This document shows positions 24,395 through 37,171 of a stretch of 64,000 nucleotides of DNA, one piece after another. Below the pieces are notes generated by a model, which searched no databases, was not told the DNA's origin, and saw nothing but the letters and a program-made list of their open reading frames with translations. The stretch spans positions 83,700,001-83,764,000 of the forward strand of contig NC_043000.1 in assembly GCF_006345805.1 (NCBI RefSeq). The letters are read 5' to 3'. The stretch is from Octopus sinensis. Lineage: Eukaryota. Within the stretch, counting starts at the first letter, position 1. Every line of letters starts with the position of its first letter. The position numbers were made by a program, and so were the translations under genes.

Positions 24395-26529
24395 GGGAAT
24401 AATATAATTGTTTGATAAAGCACAAAGCCAGCTTTTACAGGAGAAAGTATAGATATAATCAAGTCAAAGGATGAAAGTTAGACAGAAAAGATATCTTTTA
24501 GCTTTTAATTGTTTCAGTCATTGGACTGCAGCCATGCTGGGGCACTGCCCTGAAAAGTTTACTTAGATAAATTGACTCCCAGCACATACTTTTTATTTAT
24601 TTTTTTTGAAGTCTAGCACTTATTCTATCAATCACTTTTTGCCAAGCTGCTAAGTTATGGGGACAAATGCATACACACACACACAAACACACACATGACA
24701 GGTTTCCTTCGGTTTCCTTTCATCAAATCCACACACAAGGCTTTGCTCAACCTGAAGCTATAGTAGAAGACACCGGCCCAAGGTGCAATACAGTGAAACT
24801 ACCTGAAGACATGGATGAGAAACAAACTTTTTTCTTACCACAGTCACACCTGCACCTATGATATGGCATGGTTCTTTTTTTTCCCCTCCCTTTCAGTACT
24901 TTTTCAATACTGAAAATTGTGTCTTTAGATCCACTTGTTCAATACTTCTGACAATATGGTCTGTTATGCCACACCATGTTTTCCATTGTTTAGCTATTTC
25001 TCATAGCCTCATCAAGTGATTGTGTTGTTATATAACTTAGGTGCAGGCATAGGTGTGTGGTAAGAAGTTTGGGTTCAATCCCACTGTGTGGCACTTTGGG
25101 CATGTGTCTTCCATTATAGCCTCAGGCTGACCAGAGCCTTGTGAATGGATTTGATAGATGGAAACTGAAAGAAGCCTGTTGCATATGTGTGTGTCTTTGT
25201 GGCTGCTTGTTCCCTACCACTGCTTGACAACTGGTGTTGGTGTGTTTACATCCCCATAACTTAGCAGTTTGGCAAAAGTCCAAGAGAATATGTACCAGGC
25301 TTATAAAAGAAAATAAGTAATGGGGTCGATTAATTTGACTAAAATTCCTCAAGGTGGTGCCCCAGCATGGCTGCAGTCTAATGACCGAAACAAGTAAAAA
25401 TATAAAAGTTGAGTGGTAGCTATGTTCTTCAAAGACAGACAAGTGGCAGGTTTTATACACCATTTATTTCTGCTGTACTCTATTATGGTGAGGGTAGCAG
25501 TGACTCTTATTATCCAATTTGAGGAATGATCTAGACACTGAAGAGTCTCCATAGTATTGAAGTTGAAATGTCAGCTGTAATGTATTTGATGTTGAATTTT
25601 GCTTCCTCACTGACAAGGTGGAAAGAATTGAAGTTTTATCTTTTATCTCTTTTCACAAAATCCATTCCAGTGCTGTAAAACAGGCCAGATTATACAGTTG
25701 TATTTTGGTGATGTAGGAGATCTTCCACCTTCTCACATAACTGATGCCTGACACAATAATTTGAATGTGACTCCTTCAGTAGTTTTGTCTCTATTATATC
25801 CAGATAGCATAAATGGAGTTAGTGAAGTTGGTAGTACATCAGGTAACCAAAAAGTCAATGAACTGACCATCCCTGCTATTGCATACTACCTTGTCTGTGA
25901 CCAACACATCTATCTTTCAAACAGCACAATTTTCTTAGCTGATAACATTGTGTAACAAAATTTTAAATTTTTTGTCTTTGATCAGTAAGCATTATTTTCC
26001 ATTTGCTTCTATCTCAAAATCAAAGGAAATGACTACTATTCCCTTCAAAATTTGCAAAATTTAAGTGTTTTACTATAGAAATAGAATAGAGTTACAGACT
26101 AACAATGACCCATTAACTGGTCAGTATGAGTTTAACAGCCAATCAACTCAGTTAACAGTAACTTTACACTACAGATCAGGCATTGCAATATATAGAACTT
26201 CAGGGAAGTAAATCAACAACACAGGTGGTATACAGCTCATATATTCCACATCACTTTTACAGATAATGCTTGAGGAAATCATAAATATTGCAGTTCCTAA
26301 CAGGAAGCAACTACTTTAGAAAATGTTTGTATATCATAAAATATTCGAAAATAGACATATGAGAGGGAGAGAGGGAGAAAGAGAGAGAGAGAGGAGGGTA
26401 AATCATGAGTGTATTACTTCTTTCACTTATGTTCAATACTGTTCTAGATTTCAAATTGTTTAGTGAAATAAGTGAAATTTTATAAGTTCTTCTCATATTG
26501 ACAAAACTGAAACCTCACAATATTTTTGA

Positions 26530-27035
26530 TGTTTAGTAAGGTTTAATTTAAGTCTGAGCATTTTATTACTAATATCTTTAGGTAAATCTATATTAAAAGG
26601 TATACATATGACTTGACAATAAGCTTTTTATTGAAGGCGACGGTATAGAGAAGTCCTGAGTTGCTGTATGTTGGTGTCTGTTGCTGTTGCTGGAACTGGA
26701 ACTAGCTGAGTCGCTGGAATATGGCTGAATCGCTCTGTGGTCAGAGGTTAGTCCTAAGAAGGACTAGAACCAAAGACTGATATTGTGAATGCTGGGGCTT
26801 TTTATAACATGCTAGAGGCTCCAGAAGAAAATCCAAAAGACTGTGTCATGGGACCTTATCCTAAGGCCGAGATTGGTTGGCTTACACACTGGTGCGAAAT
26901 AAGACTGCACCAAAATCAACCAATCAGAGTAGCAGACACACTGAGCCTAAGCAGCCGAAAGATGGTTGCTATCAAAGACGACATCATTTCTAATATATCT
27001 CTCAAACAGTGAGGATACCACTGAGCTACGCTACA
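26530..27035 (-). mobile_element. Probable solo LTR
   Basis: Minus strand starts TGTAGCG at 27035, has CCAAT boxes, TTATAAAAAG (26798-26807), an R-like segment and AATAAA (26627-26632); locally CpG-richer. The 3' boundary and TSD are not resolved. Confidence 0.55.
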
Positions 27036-27370
27036 TATTAATACACTCAGGCCAAATGGATTATGCTGTCAGTTAGTTAGCTGAAGGGAGACTCGAAGAG
27101 TTTGAGAGAAAGAAAGAAAGAAAAAGTGGGAGAGAGAAGTTTAAATGATGTGAAGAAGGGAGAAAATAATAGTCATTACACTAAGACACAGGGAAGTGGC
27201 TAGTTAAAGGAAGAAATGAAGAGAGAGAGAGAGTGTGTGTATGTATGTGTGTGTTAGCACTGAGAAGTACAAGAAGGGTATCGCTATTGTGTTGTGTGGT
27301 TAGTTAGTTGAAGAAAGAGGTAGAAAAAGAGATATAAATATGTTAAGTGCAAAGGCATGTGGGATAGTTG

Positions 27371-27374
<4 letters not shown>

Positions 27375-27436
<62 letters not shown>
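27375..27436 (+). repeat. (GA)n microsatellite
   Basis: Pure GA run. Confidence 0.95.
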
Positions 27437-27439
<3 letters not shown>

Positions 27440-28819
27440 AGTGAGTGTTGCTTGAAAGGAATGCAGGAGTGGAAAGCAGTTACATAATTTTAAACCTAGT
27501 ATAACAAAATATTGTGACAGACAATAAAAGTTTAGTTGTTGTTACAGGTTTTAATGTATAACCATTTGTATATCATCAATTCACTGATGTATCTATGTGG
27601 CTAGATAGATTCATTGAGAGATAGAAGATAGAAAGACAGATAGCTAGATATACTGATACATAGTTAAATCAAAGTGAAATAACCTTAGCAAATAGCTGTG
27701 GATCTAACTTTTACCTGTTTATGTGTAGCAGTTGATGCCATGCAAGGTCATCACAATTATTTAGTTTTCTTATAATTTTGAGTTATTTGGTTTAAATGTT
27801 TGTCTGTATTGTTAGAGTAGATACATACATCAAATGTAAGTAGAAAATGATAGATAGATAGATAGATGGATAGGTAGGTATGAAGGTAGATAGATAGGAC
27901 AGTAGACAGGTACGTAGAGGTTGATAGGTAGGTAGAGGTTGATAGGTAGGTAGAGGTTGATAGGTAGGTAGGTAGAGGTTGATAGGTAGGTAGCTAGCCA
28001 GTTTGATTGATTGATTGCCTCTTCAATGCAGCCAATGTGAATTTTTATATCTCAAGAATCAAATGTTTCAGAAAAAATATACAATTTCATAATACAATTT
28101 TCAAAATAATTGTGGAACTTCCATAGGTACTGCTAATTATAACTAATATTTGTTGCTGATGTTTGCATCATAGATGCTGACAAGTATCAAATAATGAAAT
28201 ATGTCCAGAGTTGTCCCCCTTAACAAAGATCAGAATTTTTTGCTAAGCATGAAATTTCAATTATCTGTAAAATTCTTAAGGTTTTAAAATTATTTCCCCT
28301 TTTGTTTGATTGTTTCTATCAATTACTACTAGGATTTTGTTTTCTTCTTCCAACTATGAAGCAACTGACCCCCTCCACCTTCCAAATGATCTTTGCCAGC
28401 AATTGTTATTATATTTTAGAAACATTTTTCCACATATAATCTTTTAAAATATGTGATGAAGGATGTACTACACAACATTAATCGGTGGTGTGTAACTTCA
28501 GAATCAAAGTTAGGCACCAAAATGAAAGATGAGATTGAGAATGAAGATATGGAAACTAAAAGATTTCACAATTGAAAATTGGTGCAGAGAAATTCTAATT
28601 GACACATGACCGTAGAAAGAATGATTTAGAACATAGGCGCTGGTGTGGTTGTGTAGTAAGAAGCATGATTCTTAACCACATGTTTCTGGGCTCAGTCCCA
28701 TTGTGTGGCATCTTGGGCAAGTATATTCTACTTATAGCCTTAGGCCAACCAAAGCCTTGTGAGAGGATTTGGTAGATAGAAACTGGAAGCCTGTTGTGTG
28801 TGTGTGTGTATATATATAT

Positions 28820-29218
28820 CATCATCATCATCATCATCATCATCGTTTAACATCCGTTCTCCATGCTAGCATGGGTTGGACGGTTCGACCGGGGATCTGG
28901 GAAGCCAGAAGGCTCCACCAGGCTCCGGTCTTATCTGGCAAAGTTTCTACAGCTGGATGCCCTTCCTAATGCCAACCACTCCGTGAGTGTAGTGGGTGCT
29001 TTTTACGTGCCACCTGCACTGGTGCCAGGCGAGGCTGGCATCGGCCACGGTCGGATTGGTGCATTTTATGGAAGCCAGTCAAGGCGGCACTGGCTTCGGC
29101 TACGATTCGGATGGTGCTTTTTACGTGTCACCGACATGGAAGCCAGTCGAGGTGGCGCTGGCATCGGCCACAATTCGGATGGTGCATTTTATGGAAGCCA
29201 GTCGAGGCACCACTGGCT

Positions 29219-29220
<2 letters not shown>
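28820..29220 (-). mobile_element. Young family C repeat with internal tandem subrepeats, nested in a family A SINE
   Basis: (CAT)n tail, cgtttaacatccgttctccatgctagcatggg...ctggatgcccttcctaatgccaacc; repeated ggaagccagtc and tcggatggtgc units; family A 5' half at about 28640-28810 and 3' half at about 29290-29490. Confidence 0.75.
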
Positions 29221-29291
<71 letters not shown>

Positions 29292-29939
29292 GTATCTGTG
29301 TGCGTGTCTGTGTTTGTCCTCTCATTACTTTGACAACTGGTGTTAGTGTGTTTATGTCCCTGTAAATACTAATAGAATAAGTACTAGGATTAAGAAATAC
29401 ATCCTGGGGTGAATTTGTTTGACTAAAACCCTTCAAGGTGGTGCTCCAGCATAGCTGTAGTCAAATGATTGAGACAAATAAAAAAGATAAAGGAGAAAAA
29501 AATACCTGTAGCATAGGTGACAACTGGGAATTTATATGAAATAACCTGCATTGGGCTACAGGTCAGACATGAGGCTGCTGAAAAGTTCCAACCAAACCAA
29601 AGGTAATATGACTTTGTTTTCCATCCTTGCAGGGTTGATAACATAAGTATCAGTTGAACACTGAGGCTGGTTTAATCAACTAAGACCCACTCCTGAACTT
29701 GTTGACCTTGTGCCAAAATTTGAAATTAATATGGAGGTGGAATGATATGGTTGATAGGCTGAGAAACAGGCTTAAAAACCTGGAAGGAAGGAAGGTGGTA
29801 GGAGGGAGTATTACCTAATAGCTAGAAGAGCAGCTAGGTGGCAGCTATATTTGGCAAAGAGTACGGCAGATAGAGATTTAAACATAACATGAGGATCAGA
29901 GGTGTAAAATGATTAGGATTGCAAAACAGTGTGTGAGTG

Positions 29940-31310
29940 AGAACTGAGATGTCATTGGTGAGAAGTGTATTTGGGACAATGAAAACATACGCACCATAAT
30001 TATGGAAGACAAGCAAGTGTCTTCCATAAGAAAGACACTATTGTGAAAGATTGTTGAATGTGGAAAATGCATGGAATATAGGGAGACTATCTCATGCTTA
30101 AACAAGAGGGACTAGCAATTAAAGTTTACAGCAGTGTGGTAAATAAAGCAATTAAGGACAAGAAAAGAGAGAGAAAATCTGTTGGTCTGTAGTTGCAGAG
30201 GTGTTTAAAAAAATCTTGTGAGGTAGGATTCATGATTACTACCTGGGTAGTTAATCAAGTTATACAGGCAGGTGTCATGCCTAAAGACTGATGTAGCACT
30301 ATTATTGTAAACTGCTACAAAGGGAAAGGAGGTGCCTTACAGAGAAGAAATTATAGTGGAATCAAACAACTGGATCATATTATAAAGTCATGGAAAGAAC
30401 CATAGCACAGTTGATCTGTGATAGATCAATTGAGTAAACCTAGAAGAGATGCAGCTTGGCTTTGTGCCTAGAAGAAGTACCACTGATGCAATCTTCACTG
30501 TGAGGCAATGGCAAGAGAAATATTTGGTAAGACTAAACCATTATTTCTGAAATTCATTGACTGGAAAAGGCATTTGATAGGGTAGCATTCTATCAAATCA
30601 TTGTTGACACTTTACTTACTTTGTTCATAGTTTGTACAGTTTCCACAGTCTAAGAAAACTTGGTGTAGACAAATGGCCTGTGGGAACTGTACAAACTATG
30701 AACAAAGACAATAAGTAAAGTGAAATTCAACAATGATTTTAGTGATGAATTTAGTGTGAAGGCAGGAGTCCAGCAAGGTTCAGTCTTTAATCTACTCTTA
30801 TTCATCAAAGTCCTATAGGTAATCAAAGAGGATTTTAAGACTGGTTGTCCATGGGGATTCCTATATATTGATAATCTAATTCTCATAGCTGAATCTATAA
30901 GTGAATTTAAGAGGAAATACCTAGCAAGAAAGCTAAACCTAGAATCCAGAAGCCTCAAAGTAAACTTGGTAAAGTTTTTTGTAAGGTCTTAGTAAGTGGG
31001 AAAGAACACAGGACCCTGGTGTCTCCAGGAATTGTATTTTGCTTGATAAACAGAAAAGTAAGTATAGATACCATATGTTGTATCCAGTGTAAGCTATACG
31101 TACACAAAAGATATAGTAGAATAACAGATAGACTAAGAGAGGAAGTAAGTTTCATATATGATAGATGCATCTAAGCTGTACATGCTACAAGAATACTAGA
31201 AATAGATTCTCTTAAATGTCTGGATAGCTCACAACAAAAGTTGTTGATAGCTTTTGTTACCTAGGAGATGTAATTAGCAGGGAAGGTAATTGTTCTGAAA
31301 GTATATTAGC
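29940..31310 (+). mobile_element. Decayed RTE-clade LINE, RT domain with Cys-rich insert
   Basis: MQLGFVPRRSTTDAIFTVRQWQEKYL, EFSVKAGVQQGSVF, GFLYIDNLILIAES (YADD equivalent at 30864-30875), CIQCKLYVHKRYSRITDRL...DRC, VDSFCYLGDVIS. Confidence 0.9.
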
Positions 31311-31353
31311 CAATCTGACCATGTAAACATACAAAGTTAAAAAGTTGACTTAC

Positions 31354-31442
31354 CAGCTTTTTGAGTTGCTTTTTAAAGTATCTTTTTCTTTGTCATCTTC
31401 TTCTGGTATTGGTGTCTTAGAATTCTCAGCTTCAAGAGAGGC
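31354..31442 (-). CDS. TBC1D32: TBC1D32 internal exon, 89 nt, phase 0 to 2
   Basis: ttctgcttgattccatag|GCC...AGC TG|gtaagt; ASLEAENSKTPIPEEDDKEKDTLKSNSKS versus recalled human [26 protein letters not shown]; supplies exactly the phases needed between its neighbours. Confidence 0.85.
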
Positions 31443-31479
31443 CTATGGAATCAAGCAGAACTTGCTAAAATTATTGATA

Positions 31480-31727
31480 TACAAGAAAAATTACATTGGT
31501 ATATACCAAGGTGACTTATAAAAGAAAGATGTGAAAACCACCAGTCTTCTTTCCAACACATAGATAAGAAGAAAGCGATAAAATTAGAAATAGCTATAAA
31601 TGGGATCTGAAGGCCACCATCAGGTGGAGCATCGTGGAACAATCTACACCATATGTTAGTAGATCAAAGAGATGCAGGTTTTGTGAGGCTGAAAGATCTC
31701 ATACTGCCATTAGATCTAAGATCTACT
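31480..31727 (+). mobile_element. Penelope-like GIY-YIG C-terminal remnant (second lineage)
   Basis: YIGIYQGD / ERCENHQSSFQHIDKKKAIKL / YKWDLKATIRWSIVEQSTPYVSRSKRCRFCEAERSH, with frameshifts. Confidence 0.75.
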
Positions 31728-33072
31728 AAATTCCAGATCTGAAATTTTTATTAAATGTAGGCATATGGACAAATTTCTCTTGTTGAACTGGAAGACACCA
31801 CTCTGTCCAGATTCAGCATGTAGTCCCACAGACTTTGACATAGATACAAGCATATGTTTTACATTTTGTTTTTTATTGTTTTCTTATAATGGTTATTCTG
31901 ATAATTTTATTTGTACTTTTTTAATTTAATTTTATTTTTATTTTTATTATCTCTCATCTTTTATTTCCTCACATGTTTTCACAGCATGTAAGCTAACTTA
32001 TTGAGCCACCCTATCTATTTTATCTAGTAATTAGCACCACTGCTTAAACTATAGCTTCTCATGATTGGGATGTGAGTTCTTTTTGTTTAACCTCCATTCT
32101 CTAGAGGCGAGGACATATTTATTGCTACATCTATTTAACTTCAAAATAGCATTCCCCAATTTACTTTCTCAACCGGTACCAAGATGAGAGAGTCAATATG
32201 CATTCTACACACTTTGTGTGAAAAATTCTAAATGTTAAATTTTAATTCACCTGAAGAAAACATTTTTTTAACATGATGTAATCGATTAGTTCACCAATAA
32301 AAAACATATCCAAAACAGCTGTAGTGATCATCAGCCCATTTGTTTATTATTTATACTACATCACACTCAGAACCTTCCCTACATTGGATGTTGAGCCTAC
32401 AGTGGACCATGGATTGCATGCTGGAGTATACTCTTATGCGATTTTTATGTATATGTTGTATGTATTTAGTCTACACTTGTGAATGTATGCATAACAGGAA
32501 GGACAGATATGTATATACTCTAGTAAATATGTGAGTGTCTGTACACACAGTCGATACACAGGTATGCTGTCCATGAATCTATCTTGGAGTCCTTATTGTT
32601 AAAATACCTCGTTTCTATTGAATCTTGCAAATAATTATATATATATGTATATATACACTATTGGAGAAAGGTTTAAAGCATGCCGTTAAAAGAACATTTT
32701 AGATACAATTGTATAGTGATTACTCCACACAAAAGTGAAGTAGAATCACTGAGCATAAATCAAGCTGAAACCCAATAAATCATAAGTTAGCAGTTAATAA
32801 ATTTCACACCTCTAAAAATAATTGCAATTGATAAAGTAAACAAAACGCCATAATCATAATTTAAGTGAATGCAATCCAAAAGAACACAAGAAAACACAAG
32901 TTGAACATTGTGCAAAGTTTCATAACATATTAAATGGTAATACTGCATATAAGCAATAATAACTAGAAGCTGACAGAATAGACAGAATTGATAATTAAAA
33001 ATTTTTATTAATTTTTCTGTTATTAATATGATCTTGTTTCCAGACACATGAAAAGTAAATTTTCTCAAAAGT

Positions 33073-33290
33073 TTAACCTTTTAGCATCTAGATAATTCTG
33101 TCAAATGTAATGCTTATTTATTCTCAATGTTTTAAATTAAACAATGCACTATCTTGCAGCTTCAATGATGTGGTTGTTTATTTTTACAATGATCTCGAAT
33201 AGGTGTGAGATGTTGGATCTGGTCAATTTGAACATAAAGCAAGTAGAGTATTTCAGCCAGATATGGCTGGTTTAAATACAAAAGGATTAA
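33073..33290 (-). mobile_element. TTAA-flanked MITE (same family as 24180-24394)
   Basis: ttaa-ccttttagcat...aatacaaaagga-ttaa, reversed internal sequence. Confidence 0.7.
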
Positions 33291-33923
33291 AATATATTCT
33301 AACGCTCCTATATGCTTGTATATAAGAGTGTAGGCACAAACCTTCAACAATCTAAACACATCTGTGTATTTAAGTATACAGATGGGTTTTCTTTCTCATT
33401 GGTTTCAGTCTTTAGAAAGTGGCAGTGCCTGGGGCAGCTTTGAATGTTGTATTGACCCTAGTACTTCAGTCAGGTACTAAATTTATCAAATTCTGTTTGA
33501 TGAACTACAAGATTACTGTATATAAAGAGATATGTCATAAACTCAAACATAAACACAGACAAACACACACACATGCGCACACACTATCTTCACCATCGTT
33601 TTTACATCTGCTTTCCATACTGGTATGGGTTGGATAGTTTTAGGAGGTCTGTTGTGGTGGACAGGGTCTTCTTAAGTACAGCAATGTGCAACATATCTTG
33701 GTCCTCTGTTTGTTTTCCATACAGATGATGTCGCTGAGTAATTTTCCTCAGTGATTTATTTTTTTTAAACATGCTAATATTTCATGTCTACTTGAGTACA
33801 ACATATATCTCTACTAAATGATTTTGTTACATTACCAATAACAGTGATATCTACTCTTTACCAAGGTGATTGGATAAGGCAAAAATATTTCACACATTTA
33901 AATTTTGTGTGTGTGTATCTTAC

Positions 33924-34122
33924 CTCAATCCAGGCATATTTTATGCAGTTGTGGAGCTGATAATTCTGTAGGATATGTAAACCTTCACAAGTATTGTACA
34001 GTAGGCGACACACATATAAAGTTTCTGCAACTGTCTTCTGAGATGGCCAATTAAATTTTTCATTTCCTGAATTCATCAAGCAAATCTCAGTAAACTGAGC
34101 AAGTTGATGAGCAACAGCAGTC
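33924..34122 (-). CDS. TBC1D32: TBC1D32 internal exon, 199 nt, phase 2 to 0
   Basis: aacttgcttttcag|G ACT...ATT GAG|gtaaga; TAVAHQLAQFTEICL...TLYVCRLLYNTCEGLHILQNYQLHNCIKYAWIE versus recalled human GAHIIAQFSKKLL...[31 protein letters not shown]. Confidence 0.93.
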
Positions 34123-34145
34123 CTGAAAAGCAAGTTGAAATTTGA

Positions 34146-34545
34146 TGACACTTGATACATCATAATGTCCTCTCTATAATGACACAGATAAACGCTGATG
34201 TTATCACTTTCAATAATGACATAGACATACTCCAATGTCCTTACCTTCTATAACGACACAGTCACATCCCAATGTTATTACCTTCTACAATGACCAAGAC
34301 ACACCAAAATGTTATTACCTTTTGTAATGACAGACACACCTTTAAGTTATTACCTTCTGTAATGATACAGATACACCACAATGCCATATGTTATTATCTT
34401 CTACAATGGCAAATACACACCACAATATTATTATTTTTTATAACAACACAGTCATAACCCAATGTTATTACCTTCATAATGACAGACATACTCCAACATT
34501 ATTACATTCTTTAATGACAGACAGACCAAAATGTTATTACATACA
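34146..34545 (+). repeat. ~37-bp minisatellite (aatgttattaccttctataatgacacagatacacc-like), about 11 units
   Basis: Recurrent aatgttattacctt...aatgac motif. Confidence 0.85.
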
Positions 34546-34789
34546 GCAGATAAAATAAATAGAATTAAGTTCAGTATTGCAAATCAACAAACTATTTGTT
34601 AATTATATAATTCTCCCACTGCTTACATATGAGTAATTTTCCTCAGTGATTTATTATATAGTATTTAAAGTGGTGGATCATTCCATTCTATGGGATATTC
34701 TGATGACACCTAGAAGGTACTTCTTTTCTATTCACCCAAGTGAATGGAGCTTTGGCCAAAAGGAACTGATATCATCAGATGGTATGATG

Positions 34790-34965
34790 ATGTTTCTTGA
34801 GCCTATCCTGCTCCAGGATGTGAGCTAGTGTTGCAAGCACCTAGTCATGGCGCCACTTGTATCTCTGTTGTGTAAGTGCTATTTTGTGCCCTGACAAGCT
34901 GTGCCAGAGTGTCCCTTTCTTCACAAAGTCTACACAGCAGGTCCTCCTTCAAACCCCAAATGTAC
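34790..34965 (-). mobile_element. Fragment of an RLE-type non-LTR element (Hero-like) zinc-knuckle region
   Basis: YIWGLKEDLLCRLCEERDTLAQLV...QQRYKWRHD*VLATLAHILE resembles the WG..EDP.C.LC..RGTL.HILS.C..AL.QGRY.WRHD.VL pattern recalled for Hero/NeSL-group elements. Confidence 0.6.
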
Positions 34966-36994
34966 ATATAGTATTTGAAGTGGTGGATCAGTTCATTCTG
35001 TAGGAAAATATATCTTAATTCAACTAGCTACAAATCTTATATGTAACATATTTCTAACATCAAATATGACCATCGAATTAATAGTTAAAAAACAAAATAA
35101 ATAGTAAAGAAAGAATAATTTAGAAAAAGATGAGAAAAAAATGAGATGATGCAATTTATCATCCTTGGTATATGGATGTGAAGTCTCATGTACATTCCAA
35201 GCTATGGGGATATTTTTCACTGCATTGTCCTTTAGTTTCTAGGCGTACTGAGAGAGAGAGGTGGTACTGATTCCACCACTGAACTTAAAGAAGTTTGTGT
35301 GCTGGTTGAAATATATTTTTAAATATGTTCTCTCTGAGTCAAGTATAGTTTGTCTGTATACTCCAATCTGGTGTTATAATAGCTTTTCATATCTCCATCA
35401 TAGGGAGGCATGATCCACTCAGTGGTAAGTTCTACCTAAATTTACAAGAATGTGTTGAGCAGAAAATGATTGGCTGGTTATATGTTTATTGTTGTGTGAT
35501 CTGTGAGGCAATGTTGTGCAAGAAACAATAACTGGCTTTGGTGTTGTTTCAGAAGAAAAGAGCATGAAACTTATGTGAAACTGGAAAATACATATTTAAT
35601 AATAATAGATGTTATTGAAGAATATTAACATGTGTGCAAGACTCCACATCTCCAGATTGTACAAAGATGATCTATCTGTCTCTCACAACATCAATAGTTA
35701 AAGCATAGATAACTCACTTTTGTTTCATTCATGCATTATTTATCCCCACTTAAACATGGATGTTCTCTTAGAACACTACACTCCAGAAGATACCATGAAT
35801 GAAACTCCCATATTGGCTTTTGGTGCAAAATGCATTTTTGCACCATTTTGCATTTCACAGTATGAAGAATGTGTGTATGCATGTGTGTGCAATAGATGAG
35901 AATGTGAACAAATGTCACACTCTAACATTTCGTCATCTGACACAAGATCCCTTCCTCTAAAGTCCTCTTCCTTCTCAAAATTCCTTGTCTTGCAAGTTAC
36001 TTGGTGACCCTGCTGGAGCTGGAGTCACATAAAAAGCATCTGGTCCACAATGTGAAGTGGTTGGCATATAAAAACCATGCCAAAACAGACACAGAAGCCT
36101 GGAGTGGTTTTCTACCTAGCTAGCTCCTGTCAAACTGGACAACCCATGCCAGCATGGAAGGTGAGTGATGGTGATGATGAGGATATATATATATATATAT
36201 GTACACACACAAACAAGTCAAAAATAAAAACAAAAACAGAAAAAAAAAACAAAAGTCAAATGGATGCCAAGAGAAAGTTTAAGATAAAACAAAAGGGGCT
36301 GTGATGTTTATAGCATGGCTCTTCATCAGAAAGAGGAAAAAGTCCAGAGAGAAGGAAAATGAAGCCCAAGAAAAGCACAAGTGCCATTTCATCGCTGAAG
36401 GGACACACATACCTACATGAGCATATAGATCCCAGTTGTTATCACAACTCTCAATGTGTTCCATTGTGGGTGCTCAAGTCTCCTGCTGTACCACAAAACA
36501 CCACATGTTACCAACCAATGAACATGGCTGTTTCTCATTTCCAGTTATGTTTAGCAATTCCTACAGGTATTTTATCCACTTTTTTACTGTCTAAGGAGTT
36601 TTTTTTTTCATCCAATATATTATAAGCTATTATCTATAGTTCCATTTATATTTGAGTAGCCCCTTAAAAAGATTCACTCTCTCACTTTTACAGATAAACT
36701 CCTAATCCCGATAACTGTCTGACATACAGTAAACATGTTGTTCATTTTGTATAAGTGATTATATCTATTTTATCTTATTCAAAGGGTTTTTTTTACTCAA
36801 TATTATGTAATTTATTACTTATAGCTTTCTTTGGAAGAGCAACTTAAAAAAAAATTATTTTCAAGTTTCTCAACATTTCAAATAAGCAAATGAGCCAAAA
36901 CATATACAGATATATATTTGTGTACACACACACACACACACACAGACTAAATGCATGTATACATTTATATGAACAGTATATGTGAAGAAATACT

Positions 36995-37134
36995 CATACA
37001 TTATTTACATTTGATGGATATTTGTCGTCATCTTGTTTGTTGTTAACACGTTTTGGCTGATATACTCTCCAACCATCATCAGATGTTTTGGGGAAATTTC
37101 AAACCTGGGTTCTATTTCCTAAGGTATTTTTCAA

Positions 37135-37137
<3 letters not shown>
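36995..37137 (-). ncRNA. 3' module of the tRNA-headed element, with a minimal hammerhead motif (37044-37088)
   Basis: Minus strand: aaaacat-CTGATGA-t-ggttg-gagagtatat-cagcc-AAAAC-gtgtt; the G of GAAA is lost, consistent with CpG decay. Confidence 0.6.

Positions 37138-37171
<34 letters not shown>

Noticed and set aside
33983-33983. Apparent donor GAAG|gtttac inside the 199-nt exon
   Set aside because: Homology continues (TCEGLHILQNYQLH...AW) to the stronger donor at 33924, and the phases fit only the longer exon.
35821-35845. 25-bp palindrome tggtgcaaaatgcatttttgcacca
   Set aside because: Single short instance with no associated structure.
36313-36587. Plus-strand ORF HGSSSERGKSPERRK...
   Set aside because: No recognisable domain or partner exons; antisense within the intron.
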